Source: Vicugna vicugna (Eukaryota). Taken from it: 64,000 bases of DNA. The position numbers and the translations under genes are program-made. Position 1 is the first letter of the stretch, and every line of letters begins with the position of its first letter. Under the pieces are notes generated by a model. That model was not told the origin of the DNA and ran no database searches. It worked only from the letters and a program-made list of their open reading frames with translations. Below are positions 26,608 through 39,970 of the stretch, piece by piece. The stretch is from the NCBI GenBank assembly GCA_013265495.1, contig MU058198.1, positions 3,484,419-3,548,418 on the forward strand. The letters run 5' to 3'.

Positions 26608-27280
26608 GCTTTTTTTAATTGTGATAAAGTATACAAACATAAAATTTACAATTTTAACCCCAATTTTAAAGTGCACAGTTCAGTGGCATTAAGCTCATTC
26701 ACATTGTTCTGCAACCATCATGACATCCAGCTCCAGAACTTTTTCATCTTCTCAAACTGAAATTCTGCATCCATTAACCCATTGACTTTCCCTCCCACTT
26801 CTTAATTGGGGTAAATAACACATAACATAAAATTTAACATCTTAACCATTTTAGGTGTACAGTTCAGTTCACCCATCATTCTGTAACCATCACCATCATC
26901 CATCTCCAGGACTCTTCATCTTGCAAAATGGAAACTCAATATCCCATTAAGTAGTAACTCTGCATTCTTCCCAACTACTGTTTCCCTTTTTGTCTCTATG
27001 ATTTTGACTACTCTAGATACCTCATGTAAGTTGAATCATACAGTTGTCTTTTTGTAACTAGCTTATTGCACTCAGCATAATGTTCTCAAAGTTAATCTAT
27101 GTTGCAGCATATGTCAAAATTTCCTTTCTTCTTAAGGATGAATAATATTCCATTGTATGTATATGCTATATTTTCTTATCCATTTATCTGTTGAAGGACA
27201 CTTGGGTTGCTTACATACTTTGGCTACTGTGAATAATGCTGCTATGACATCAGAATACAAATATCTCTTCAAGATCCTAC
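26608..27280 (-). mobile_element. Two adjacent L1 3'-end fragments (L1MB-like)
   Basis: Repeated acataaaattta...ttttaagtgtacagttcagt-type termini. Confidence 0.8.
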
Positions 27281-29040
27281 TTTTGCCTTTTTTTCATTTT
27301 CAACCTATTTGTGTCTTTGGATCTGAATTGATTCTCTTGTAGACAGCATATATTTGGATCACGCTGGCTTTTATCCATTCTGCCAATACCTGTCTTTGGA
27401 TTGGAGACTTTTACAATTAAATTAATTACTGATAAAGAGGGACTTTTGTCATTTTGCTGTTTTTTTCTATATACTTTACAGCCTTTTCATTCCTCATTTC
27501 CTGTATTACCGTCTTCTTTTGTGTTTAGCTGACTTTTTGTAGTGAAACATTTAAATTTTCTTATTTCCTTTTGTGTATATTCTGTAACTGTTTTATTTGT
27601 GGTTACTATGGGGATTACATTTAACATCCTAAAGTTGAAACATTCTAATGTTAATTTGTACCAGCTTAACTTCAATAACATACAAAACTCTGCTTTTATA
27701 CAGTTCTGTCTCCACTACTTCTATTTATTAATGTCACAACATGACATCTTTATACATTGTGTGTCCAAAAACATAAACTAATAATACTTTTTATAATGCA
27801 ATAGTCTCTTAAATTATGTAGAAAATAAAATGTGGAGTTACAAACCAAAGTTACAATAATACCAGCTTTTAGGCTAATAATTCTTTTGTAAAAAAAGGTG
27901 TAAGAAAAGTCTCTTAAATTGTGTAGAAAACAAATAGTGGAGTTACAAGGCATTTCTACAATAACATTAGCTGTTGAATTTTATAATCGTCATTTGCCTA
28001 TCTTTAGTGAGATCTTTATTTCTTCATGCAGCATTGAGTTACTGTCTAGTGTCCTTTTGTTTCAACCTGCGTGCATGACTCTCTTTAGCGTTTCTTACAG
28101 GCCACATCTAGTGGTTAGAAAAAAAAGTCCCTAAACATTTGTTTGCCCAGGAATGTGTTAATTTTCCCTTCAAAGGTTGAGGAAATATTTTGCCAGTTAG
28201 GATTCTTGGTTGACAGTTCCTTCCTTTCTTCTCTTTTCTTTTCTTTTCTTCTCTTTTCTTTTCTTTTCTTTTCTTTTCTTTTCTTTCTTTTTTTGCTTTT
28301 AACACTTCGAACATATCAGTCCACTGTCTTCCGGCTTCCAAAAGTTTCTGATGAGAAATCTGATCCTAATCTTACTGAGGACCCCTTGTACACGATGAGG
28401 CGCTTCTCTCTTGCTGCTTTCAAGATTCTCTCTTCATCTTTGTTTTCTGACGGTTTGATTATATTTTGTCTCCATTAGAGTCTCTCAGAGCTTATACTTC
28501 TTAGTGTTATTTGAGCTTCTTGGATGTTTATCTTCATGTCTTTCATCAAACTTGGGACATTTTTGGCCGTGATTTTTTCAAATAATCTTTGTGACCTTTC
28601 TGTCTCTCTTCTCCTTCTGGGACTTCCACAGTATGTATCTTGATTTTCTTGATGCTTTTCCATAGGTCCCTTAGGCTCTGTTGACTTTCCTTCAATCTTT
28701 TTTTCTTTCTTTTCTTTCATGATTTCAATTGTCTTACCTTCATGTTCACTGATTGTTCTGTCTGTTTACTGAAATCTGCCTTTGAATCCCTCTGGTGTAT
28801 TTTTCATTTCAGTTATTGTGTTTCTCAGCTCTAGAATCTCTTTCTGGTTTCTCTTGAGGTTTTCCTTGATATTTACATTTTGTTCATTCACTATTTTCTT
28901 GACGTTCTCCACGTCTTCCTCTAGTTCTTCAAACATCTTAAAGATGGTTGTTTTAAAGTCTCTGCCTAGTAGGTTCTCCATGCGGTCTCTCACTGGGACA
29001 TTGTTTTCCTTTGAATGGGCCACACTTTCTTGTTTCTTAA
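27280..29040 (-). mobile_element. Degenerate L1 ORF1, inter-ORF region and ORF2 start, with an internal (TTTTC)n
   Basis: ORF1p-like peptides NQKEILELRNTITEMKN (28766-29023), RLFEKITAKNVPSLMKDMKINIQEAQ (28475-28720), MEAGRQWTDMFEVLK..NCQPRIL (28108-28341); frameshifted. Confidence 0.9.
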
Positions 29041-29637
29041 TATTAGCTTTTAATTACTAATAGTAGCAGTCCTAGAATGACCTTAAGAGTTTCTTAACTT
29101 TTTCAAGTTTTTGTTTCCTTATATGTCAGAAGAGGATTGTGATATTTGATTAATTCAATAAATATTTATTGGGCTCTTCCTATGTGGCCCCCAAATTCTT
29201 TGACACTCCTTTCATTGACCCATAGGGTCTCCCCTTGACTATAGGTTCTCTGACTGATTAATAGCATATGGCAGCAATGACCTTGTGTCTGTTTCCAGAT
29301 CAGGCTTTAAGGCACTATCATTGTACACTTTCTATCGCTTGGGACACTCATTCTTGGAATTCAGCCACCATGCTCTGAGACAGCTCAAGCTACCAGTGGA
29401 GAGGCCCAGGGCCCACATAAAGAACCAAGGTCCCTGGCTCAGAGACCCGGGTGAGTGCCTACCTCACAGTCAGCACCAACTTATCAGCCACACGAGTGAG
29501 CATCCTAAAATCAGGTCCTTCAGCTTCCAGTCAGGGCACCATTGCTGACATCACACAGAATAGAGATGAACTTTTACTTATAGTATCCTCTTTAAAACAT
29601 TAATTTGCTAATATTATTCAAAATCTATTCTTTGGAA

Positions 29638-29945
29638 CAGAGCTGTCCAAGGAAATATAATGTAAGCCATGTATATAATTATATATATGTTTTAGTAGTC
29701 ACATTAAAAAAGCAAAAAGAAGTAAGTAAAATTCATTTCAGAGAGAAATTTGATTTAGCCCAATATACCCAAAATATAATTTCAACGTGCAATAAAGATA
29801 AAAATTATTTATGGAATATTTAAAAAATTTTTTTCATACTAAGTACTTGATATTTTGGGGTGTATTTTGCACTTACAATCACATCTCTTTCCAAATGTTC
29901 AATAGCCATGTGTGGCTAGTGACTACTCTGTTGGAGAGCGTAGCC
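29638..29945. mobile_element. hAT-Charlie MITE, MER33-like
   Basis: cagagctgtccaa...gtggctagtgactactctgttggagagcg termini. Confidence 0.7.
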
Positions 29946-30059
29946 TTAGAATGAAAGATCTGGAAGGCAAACTACTGCATCTCTGCCCCTATCTCACTGA
30001 GGAGGAAAGTGAGACACAGGAAGTGACTTGTCCAGGGTTATGCACCCAAGTGAGTTAAG

Positions 30060-30520
30060 CAGTGGCGCCCCTCGACCCCCTGCCAAAGATATGTCCATGT
30101 CCTAAGTCCTGGAACCTATGAATGTTACCTTATTTGGAAAAAGGATCTTTGCAAAGTAATTAAGTTAATGATCTTGAGATGAAGAGATGATCACAGATTA
30201 TCTGGTTGTGCCCTAAATCCAATGACCAATGTCCTTGTAAGAGATACACAGAGGAGATGTGACAGACAGAAAAGAAGACGACTGATACACAGAGAGAAGC
30301 TGATGTGAAGATGGAGGCAGAGATGGGAGTGATGCAGCCAAAAGCCAAGGAAGCCAAGCAATGCCAACAGCCACCAGAACTTGGAAGATGTGAGGAAAGA
30401 TTCTTCTCTAAAGGGACTGCAGACATCGATTTCAGAATTGTGGCAGAATACATTTCTTCTATTTTTAGCCACCTATTTTGGGGATAATTTGTTATGGAAG
30501 CCACAGGAAACTAACATATA
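30060..30520 (+). mobile_element. MaLR LTR (MLT1-type)
   Basis: aatgttaccttatttggaaaaagg, gtgaagatggaggcagagatgggagtgatg; related to 11870-12342. Confidence 0.85.
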
Positions 30521-30769
30521 CAAGTTTGAGGCTTGGACTTAAAGAGACCTGGGATTCCATTCCCCGCCAGAGCAAACCTGCCCTCCCATTGCCTCTGAAA
30601 TCTTTCCAGTGGCCAGCATTCATTCCTTTAGAAGCAGAGTGGACCTCATGGGGGATCTGGTGACCTAAAGGGCTCATGCCCGTTGTATAGGGAGCTGCTG
30701 CCTTCTTGCTCCATGTGACACCATGACATGTGACACTGTGCCATCTCCTGCCTTATTTACTCAGATGAC

Positions 30770-31392
30770 CTCTGCTGCTCTCCCTGCTTCTACTCTTTCC
30801 ACCTTTAATCTATTTTCCATATAGTATTCAGGGTAATCTTTAAAAGAAAAACCGTAAATCATATCAGGCTATTTCTCTGCTCTCAGCCCTCAATGGCTTC
30901 CAGTTCACTGCAGTGAAATACAAACTTCTTAGTACATCTACAAGGCCTGCTATTGTATGGACCTTGTCTTGTATGTGTTCTTCCCACTCCAGCCACAGAG
31001 ACCTTCTTGCTGCATCTCCAGCATGCTGAGCACACTCCCTCTCCAGGTCCTTTGCATTGGCTGTTTTCTCCATCTGGAACCCTCTACCCCGATAGCCCCA
31101 TGGCTCGCCCTCTCATGTTCATTCAGATCTTTGCTCAGAGGTTCCCTGGTCATCAGGGATTTCCCTGGCCATTGCCACTCTTCATTCCTTTACCAAGCTT
31201 TAGTCTTCTTTACAGTGTGAATCTCCATGCCACCTAGTATAGATTTTTTTCATTTATTAGGTTATTGTCCATCTTCCCCACTAACTCTAGGAAGGCAGGA
31301 ACTTTTGTTTGTTTTATTTAGCAGTGTGTAGAACAGCACATAGCAGGTGCTCAATAAGTTAAATCCTAAATGCTTGAACAAATGAATGAGTA
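30770..31392 (+). mobile_element. L2 LINE 3' region
   Basis: gcacatagcaggtgctcaataa...aatgaatgag terminus. Confidence 0.75.
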
Positions 31393-33062
31393 AGTAGAGG
31401 AATGCAGGCTCCATGTAACTATAACTTTTTTCCTAGAGAAGTCGGAATCTGGATATTTAGGTGAAATTCTACCAAATGTGAACCAACAAAAATTTCACTG
31501 GGGTGGCTAAAAAGATGTACCCAGGGGCCATTAGCTTGAGACCCCCGCCCTATAGGATCTGGGTCCAGTGGGAACCATGCTCCTCCATCTTCAGATGGTG
31601 CAGCCCCTCCAGGAACTGAGTGGTTCTCCAGGATCTGCCAGCCTTTCCACCCCCAGGGCCAAGCCCCTTAAGGTACTGTTTGTTGTTACAGACCAAAGTC
31701 ATCCAGAGAACCTTGTTCAAAAGGCAGGATGTGGGCTGCAAGCTTCCAGCTCATCAGTTCAAAGGAAATCTACTTTGGCAGCAACATCTCCTGGGATGTT
31801 TTCACAAGCCTCCCTGGGAGGTGATGGGGCCTCTTAAAGGACTAATAATAGCCAGGCATGTCCAGTTCCCCAAACATGTCAACCTTAAAAGTAAATGCTA
31901 TTTTTTTCCTCGTTACCTTTGAATGACTGCGTAGGGAAAGGACATTCTGTTGTGACAGCCATCGCTCTCCACATGCAACTTGGTGATGACTTAGACTCAG
32001 CAGCTTCCAGGCCAAATCATCATCATAGAATCTGAGCTTCATCAGGCAGAAGTTCAGTGCAGCTGGTTCAACTCCATCCTCCTTCACCCTGTTGTCACCA
32101 GGATGCTTTGTAGTTAAGCAGGTTGAACCACCATTCAACAACAGCGTGACTTTGGGTATCTGTCTTAATCGCTCTGAGCCTTGCTGTCTTTATCCATAAT
32201 GAAAGTTACTGGACCTACACAGGGTTGTACCTGTGACACCCACCTAGCAGCTGATGTGTATTGTAATTGAACACATACTGGATGTGGGTGCTTGTAAACG
32301 GTAATGTCTTTTACATTTCCGTTCACTCACTTGTTCACACAATTACTCCCTCATTCAACCAACATTTACTGAGCACTGAGGAGGCGTCAGGCACAGAGCT
32401 TGGCGCCAGGTAACATAATGGTGAGCAGCACCTGGCCTCACAGCCCAGGTCTAGTGCAGGAGTTTACAGTCCAATGCAGCGCTGGGTTCCCAGCATGTGG
32501 GGCATGGTGGGGGGGGTGTTTAGACACAGTGCCTGGACAGGGCACTAATCACACTGCATTGCTCTTGTAGACAATTATTACTCTTTTGGTTACCTTTCCA
32601 TCCTTCAGATTCCATCCAGGAGAGAATCTCTGTTGGATATAAATGTGTCTTTAACATCTCTAACATTTGTTAATCTTCCTTCTCAACAAATAAAAGAAGA
32701 CCTCAAAAGCAGATGTTCTGGGCAGCATCTGGAGAGATTTTAATAGCATGGATACCTCTGGCTTTTCAAACTCAGAAGCCAGATAGAGGTTCTTTTCAGA
32801 TGATGCACAGATATGAGAAGCTTTTGTGAAGATGGGTCAGGAATGAATGAAAGTTGAGGAAATACCGACCTATTAAATTTCTCCCCACCCTCTTTATTAG
32901 CCCCATTTTACAGTTGAAGCTGCGTCTCTTTGTAGAGGCGGTGGACAGAAGGCAGAGAGCTCTTTTCTAAATGGCCAGGCAAGCAAAGCCAAGAAGTGTC
33001 TTTGTGGTGGAGTTAGATATGTATATAAAATAGTGATTGCTCCTCCCCTCCCTCTGCAGTAC

Positions 33063-33098
33063 GTGTGTGTGTGTGTGTGTGTGTGTGCGTGTGTGTGT
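33063..33098. repeat. (GT)n microsatellite upstream of the PRKCB promoter
   Basis: Read directly from the sequence. Confidence 0.95.
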
Positions 33099-33439
33099 AA
33101 GTGTGCGGAGCCACAGACCTTTCCGAATGAGTGACAGCGGGAGCCCATCCCTCCAAGAGAGGCGTGCAGAATGACCAATGGCAAAGATACTGGTGGATGG
33201 ATACCAGTCTCTGCAGAGGCGGGGGTGCAATCCGTCGGGCCCACCCTTTACACCTCCACCGCTCCCAGCTCTCAGTTCCCCCGGGCGGGGAGCACTCAAG
33301 GTGCTCATCTCCTTCATGCAACCCGGGCCGAGGACGGGGTAGGGGGCGAGGTTCAGATCTAAAGAACCCAGGCTGCGGTCCCCGCGCCGCAGCGCTGCGG
33401 CTGAGAACACTTCGCAGGGAGGCCGACCGCCTCCGGGTG

Positions 33440-33929
<490 letters not shown>

Positions 33930-34731
33930 TGAGAGCGCGCCGCGCAGGGCACCTTCCCGGGGCCCCGAGGGCAGCGCGGCGCGCGGGGACCCCCTCTCCG
34001 CGCCTTCCGCGTCCGCCCTTCTCCGCCCCGCGCCCCGCGCCCTCGGGCTCCCCGCTCCGGACCCTTCCGCGCTGGACTCCCCGGTGGACGGTCCTGTGGC
34101 TTCCCGCTCCCCGGGGCCCCAGACGGCCGGCCGCCGGGTACCTTCTGCCCTCTCTTCCTCCCGGCTGCCTCGGCGCGCCCAGGGGCTGAGGCGCGGGTGC
34201 CCTTTCCCCACCGGGCTCCGAGCGCGGGGTGCTGGCCCTCCCCGGGAGGGCAGCACCTCGAGTGCCCTCTCGCGCGGGGTTCGCTATCTCTCCGCCTCCT
34301 TCCGGGCTCGAGGCATCCTCACCCACTTCCCTCCTTTCCGGGGGCAGCGCCCTGGGTATCCTCTCTATCTCCCTGCGGGCATGGGGCATCCTTTCCTTCT
34401 CCTCTGTCTCTGGGGGCAGCGCCCTGTGTTATCTCTTACTGCTTGCTCCTCCCTGAGGGCCTGGGTTCCCCTTTCCACTCCTCAGTTTTTCCCCTTCACA
34501 TCACTGCGGGGACACCCCCTCCCCCCCCGCGCTCCGTGGTCCCTCTAAGCATGGGGAATCCTTTCTCTCTGCCCAGTCCCCCAGGGAACACCACCGCCGC
34601 GGGGGCTCTGCCATCCTCCCTCTGGATGCGTCTTTTTCTCTTCTCTTTCCCTGAGGGTACGCGGGCATCTTTCTGGGCAGATCTCCTTCCTGCCCTTCGC
34701 CCCCACCACGACGGAAACGCTTTCCCCCATC

Positions 34732-34745
34732 CCGCCACCTGGTGG
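34732..34745 (-). promoter_or_regulatory. Candidate CTCF site (reverse) in PRKCB intron 1
   Basis: Minus strand reads CCACCAGGTGGCGG, 14/14 to the consensus. Confidence 0.6.
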
Positions 34746-34963
34746 TCGCAGCCTCCTCTCTTCTGCCTTCTGAGGGAAGGTGGGAGTTCCTGCTGAGCTC
34801 CCACCTACCCCCTCCTCCCCAAAGGCGGAAGACTCTTGGGCACCCGCCTGTGGCTGGAAGGTTGCACCTGGGGTAGAGGGGCAGGGGGAAGGGGGAGTGA
34901 CTGTGGGGGAACTGGTGGCTGGGCCCCTCGGGCTGTCTGACATGCCTCCTTCTACCTTTGCAG

Positions 34964-34995
34964 GGGCTTCGGAAAGCAAGGATTCCAGTGCCAAG
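34964..34995 (+). CDS. PRKCB: PRKCB exon 2 (32 nt, C1A domain: (W)GFGKQGFQCQ(V))
   Basis: Branch-like ctgac at 34937-34941, pyrimidine tract and cag acceptor ending 34963, donor AAG|gtaggc at 34996. The phase joins exon 1 (TG+G=Trp). No exon 3 found in the remaining window. Confidence 0.98.
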
Positions 34996-36844
34996 GTAGG
35001 CTGTGGGGCTCTGGGGATGCAGTTTGTGGGAAGAGATGGTGAAAAAGACTTTCTAGGAGTAACTGAGTTAGGCAGAGAGTGAAGGAATCAAGTCTGTCAG
35101 AGCGACCTCCAGATCTAGGAATTCATCACCTCGAAAGGATCTTTAAAAGGTCTGTGTGTCTGTGGGGCAGTGATGCTCTGTCCTGAAAGGGCCGATGGAG
35201 CTGGGAGACCCTACTGGCCAAGGAAGTGCATTCACCCTTCTCCCTTCCCAGCACCAGAGGAGTCAAAACAGGTTCTCTAGAAGCTATCCTGCCTGGCTAA
35301 TCCTGCTTCTGGAAGAAGCGTCTCCAGGGGCCGTTTCTGGAAGGACCCCTCCTCCCTAACTCCTGCTCACGTGGCCTTCCTCATCTCACAGAATGAGGTT
35401 CTGCCTCTTCCCCGGCCTCACAGAGGTCTCCATAGGTGGCTGCTGCCTCCACAGATGGTGCATCCCCTTAGAAAGGTGACTGTGGTTGTCCCCTGGGCCT
35501 CCTCCCTCTCTGAGAGAGGTGGTACCAGATGAGGTGCTTCTCAGATCCTGGTTTAAATCACCCTTTCTGTCTTCTGGCTAGATACAGGAAGGACTCTAAG
35601 GGTCCCTGCGTCTGGTTTGAGATTCTTGACCCCAGCCAGGGACGCCCAGCCTAGTGGTGACTTTTAATCATGTGGAAAGTGGCCCTGGCTGTGTCTGGTG
35701 GCAGATTCACTCTCCGCATGCCAAATCACCTGTAGCCTGGTTTATCCCTCAGGGTGTCAGATATTGTTTTGAATTTGATGTCAGCATTTTAGAACCGGGA
35801 GATTTCACAAACGTATCAGACTTTGCAGCTTCAAGTTTGCTGAGCATTGGTCCCACTTTCTTGTTAGAACCATCATTTGGAGCTGAGAGCAGCTGTTTTC
35901 ATGGACAGGGTGCACATTCACCATTTTGTCGCAATCAATCCCAACTAGGCCTGCTTCATCCATTTTTGGCCCCTATAAGGCATTTGAGTTTGCAACCTCT
36001 GGTCTGGAAAGTTTCCCCTGCCCCCCAATTTTAGGTCAGGGATAGTTGAGTTTGGTGAGAAAATGTCACATTTCGGGTTACGTCGTAGGGGCAGATTGAC
36101 TGCCCTGGTGAGCTGAGTTTAGATCAGGGGAAGAAAGCATTTGAATATTAAAGAGCCTGATTTGTGACTTAGCTCTGACTGACAGTTTTGTTGTGGCATC
36201 TCCACCCTCCAGAGAGAAGTAAAGCGATCCTGGTGAGTGTGGGTGGTGGTGTGAGTTGTACAGAATCCCGCAGCATGGCACTGCCTTCTTCCGAGACTCA
36301 TACATCCTCTCACCTGAGCAGCTCAGCCGGTGAGCCTTGTAGACCAGCCCCTATCCCCCCTTTTTTAACCAAGGTTTGGGGCCCCAGTTTTACACACTGC
36401 CCAGAGGACTTACACATCCCTTTAAATGGCCCTGGTGCAAATGGTTGGATTGTTTTCTAGAACTTCGACTCCTCAAACAGAACACCAGTGGTGCCTTAGC
36501 ACGGAAACATGTAGAAGACCTTTGAGGTTACCTCTCACTCCCATGAGTCAGTTTCTGCCTTTGTTTCTTGCTGAGGTTGGGGGTGATCTTTGAACATTTT
36601 TACTGCTGTTTTCCTATCCCACCTGCTCTGCAGTTATTAATGGTTGGGAAAGTCACTCCAGAACGTGCAGGTGATGACACAGCTGAAGCAAGAAATCCTC
36701 TTTTCCAAAGCCAGGAAAATGGTAGGACTTTTATAGTGCATTGAGTAAAGCAGAATTAAAGTTTCTGTTGAAATATAGCAGCTTTAGAGGTAGGGGTGCT
36801 TAGCTGTTTTTAATCACCTTTCATTTTCCCTTCTCCCTGAGAGG

Positions 36845-37215
36845 CAGTGTAGGGTGTTGGGCACGTGCACAGGCTGTCAGGCCATCACTGGGGTTTAGAT
36901 CTCGGCTTGAGTCTTCCCAGCCATGTTGTTTAGTCTCCCTGTCCCTCAGGCTTCTTGTCTGTAAAATGGGTCCAACAACAGTACTTACCTTAAAAAATTG
37001 CTCAGCGGCTCCAAGTCGTTGCAGTGTATAAGACGTCTGGACCAGAGCTTAGTACAGAGTAAGCACACTGGTTCAGAATTCCCAGCATGGGATTGGAGTC
37101 AGAATAGAACAAGGTTTGAATCTCTGCTCTGCCACCTGCTTGCTGTGTGAACTTGAGCAGTGTATAAGACGTCTGGACCAGAGCTTAGTACAGAGTAAGC
37201 ACTCGGAAAATGTCA
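36845..37215 (+). mobile_element. MIR SINE carrying a recent duplication/insertion
   Basis: cctcaggcttcttgtctgtaaaatggg core; tail gcttagtacagagtaagcactc. Confidence 0.7.
37021..37202 (+). repeat. 46-bp exact direct repeat (37021-37066, 37157-37202) around a 90-bp copy (37070-37159) of 38549-38637
   Basis: Base-by-base comparison; see findings. Confidence 0.95.
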
Positions 37216-38564
37216 GCCCCTATGATGTTTCCAAACTACCCCAGTGGTGGGGCAGCTGGTGCGGGAGGAGACTGGCTCTACAGGATTGCTTTGCTATGGA
37301 ACCAGCTGCCAGGTGAGAGTCAAAAATCCCGCTGTGAATGTCTGGTCACCTGTGTCACTGCTTTGGTAGTGTAGTCCATTTGGGCTGGAGTGGAAAGGAG
37401 CTAGAGCGGCATGGGGCAAACTGACAGCCTCTGAAACTGAGCTGCTTAGGGTCTCCTGCTTAGGGACATGCAGGACGGAAGGGGGAAGGTTATCCTCGGG
37501 TGTTCTCAGTTACCTAGGACTGATTTTGGAACTGTAGAGAAGTTCCTTATCTGAGTATTTTTGGCTTCTCTTAAAGTGAGTCTAATTAAACTGGGATCCA
37601 CATTTTATAGAAAATGCTTAAGGTTTTATTCTCTCACCAAATTCAGAAGTCCGGAGGCCAGGCTCCTATGTTCTTTTCAGTTTTCTGGTCCACCATCCCA
37701 GGAGTGAGAATTATCTCATAATCCAAGAAGGATGCTGGACTATCCAGTCCTCATATCTGTCCTTCAGCCAGCAGGAGGAGAAAAGGTAAAGAAAGGCTCA
37801 CTGTCCTGGGAGTTGCCACAGACACTTCTGCCTGTAGGCTGTGAGCTGGAACTTAATCACATGCCCACACCTTGCTGCAAAGGAGTGTGTGGGAAATGTG
37901 ATGTTGATTTCAGGTAGCCATGCTCCCAGCTAAAAGCTAGGGTCGGTGGGGGGTGGTTTCCATTTCAGAAGTAGAAGGGGAGACAAGATCTAATTTCTGC
38001 CATCCTTGGGTAGGAGGCGTGTGGGATGATCATAAGGCCAGGACACCACTGAGCCCCAAGGCTCCACTGTGCTGCCAGGAAATTGAGGATGCTGGGATGG
38101 GTTGGAAGAGGGAGGATGGAAAGTCCATAAACCCTGGGAAATGATGGATTTCTGTGTGCTCAGGGCCACCTAAGAATACGTTTTCTTGCTTTTGTACTGC
38201 TGGAGGACAAAATTCTGGCTTGACTGACATATAGTTTCTCTCTTTTTGTTTCCACTCTGTTTTCTATAAAACCATTCTCTGTGAGGTAGTTTAAGAATAT
38301 CTCTGGTGACAGGGGACAGAGACCGAGAATCTGTTATAAAAGTGTCTACATTCTGGCTTAGAAATGGGACCCCCTTCAGATAAACAGGGCAGACTTCTCC
38401 CCATGGCATTCTTTAAAGGATGTGCCTTAATTGTCATTAAGACAAGGCTTTGGGTGAAATTAGACTCTTACCCCAAGAAGCATTTGCATTTCGAGCAGAG
38501 AGAAAAAAAAAAGTCATTTTAGTAGAAATAGGGAGGCAATGAAATTGAGGTTCAGAATTCCCAG

Positions 38565-38730
38565 CATGGGATTGGAGTCAGATAGAACAAGGTTTGAATC
38601 TCTGCTCTGCCACCTGCTTGCTGTGTGAACTTGAGCAAGTCATCCATCTATAGTGGCCTCAGTCTCCTCATCTGTAAAATGGGCTAATAGTGTCTACCTC
38701 ATAGGGTTATGATGAGGATTAGTGAGGTGG
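38565..38730 (+). mobile_element. MIR SINE
   Basis: tggagtcaga...gcctcagtctcctcatctgtaaaatggg...ctacctcatagggtt. Confidence 0.85.
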
Positions 38731-39970
38731 TACAAGAAAAATAACCATGAAAATATCCATAAAAATATCGATAACTCTTAAGTGAGATGATCATTATTAC
38801 TTGATTAGCTGTAGGAAATGGTCAAAGCTGGACAGAGTGAATTCGGGAACTTATTAAATCACTAAGTGTCTTTTGTGTATTTAGATGGGTTTTCTTTTCA
38901 GGTAGGTTTCTTCGTAGACTTTGGGTGACACCAGTGGGTCTGGCCCCAGACAACCAGCTTATTTAGAGTCTTTTCTCGCCCTTTTTCTCGTGAGAAAAAT
39001 CTAAACCTGCCACGGACTCTCTAGAAAAACCCCAGTGCACTAATTTTCTGATGATGAAGACCTAGCAGTATGATTATAATGAGTAAACCAGTTCTTCCCT
39101 TTCCTGTAGAGATCAGAAAACATGTTTCTCAAACTTCTAATAGACATTATTCTTAAAAATCCCCCAAGCATTGCCTAAATCCAACCATTGCTCTTTTCCT
39201 CAACATCAGCTTTATAAGATACAGGTTTATTTTAGTCTGTAGTTAGCACATAGAGATTAGAATCTGTACTTTAAAAAAAAAACAGTCAAAGATGAATCAA
39301 AGGTTAATTGTATTTTTGGCACGTTTTCCCCTAGGAACTTAAGAGATGATATCCTGAACGTCAGGTTGAACTTTCTCAGTGAAATCATAAATAGGGTCAT
39401 CTGTGTGTGTGTGTGTGTGCAGTCACCAGGTCAGGCTGCTGGGAGACTCTTGTTATTTCACTTCCCCCCTCTTCCCAGAAGCAGAACCCAGAGGCTTGCA
39501 AGGGAGGCTCCACTTACCTCCCGACTTCTTCTGAATGTGTCCTGAGGGTTCCCTGTGGATTAAAGGCAGAGGCTTTTCGAAGTTGTGTCTGTTGGTTGGG
39601 CTTTTAATTTAGTTTTCCACCTGAAGTGGGATTTGGGGCTCAAAGTCCCAAATGAAAGAAACATTTTTAGGTAGGTGAACTCTGGGTCTTGAAAAGGGTT
39701 GATCTGTTGAAAAGGGGATGGCCGGTTCATTTGAAGTTGCAGAGCACTTGGGGAAAGCTTGAGGCTTTGTCACTGGGCAACAGAAGGCTTTTCTAAGTAA
39801 ATATGGAAAATATGACCTTTGAAAATCTAATTGATAATCTGAGAACACAGGTTCTTAGAAACTAATTTAAAAATATGTGCTTTCCAAGTATTAGTGATAC
39901 TCCAGGTACTGCCCAGAACCAGACACAGCATGTTTATGGTATATTTCGGTCAATAAAGAAAAAGATGTAA

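Noticed and set aside
27804..27948. ~40-bp imperfect direct repeat (27804-43, 27909-48)
   Set aside because: Lies in the inter-ORF region of an old L1 and is probably intrinsic to that element.
33021..33031. TATAAAA as the PRKCB TATA box
   Set aside because: More than 500 bp upstream of the inferred start region.
37021..37202. Repeat-spacer-repeat pattern as CRISPR-like or as a TSD
   Set aside because: Mammalian DNA with only two repeats; the spacer is a local genomic copy, and 46 bp without polyA does not fit L1-mediated insertion.
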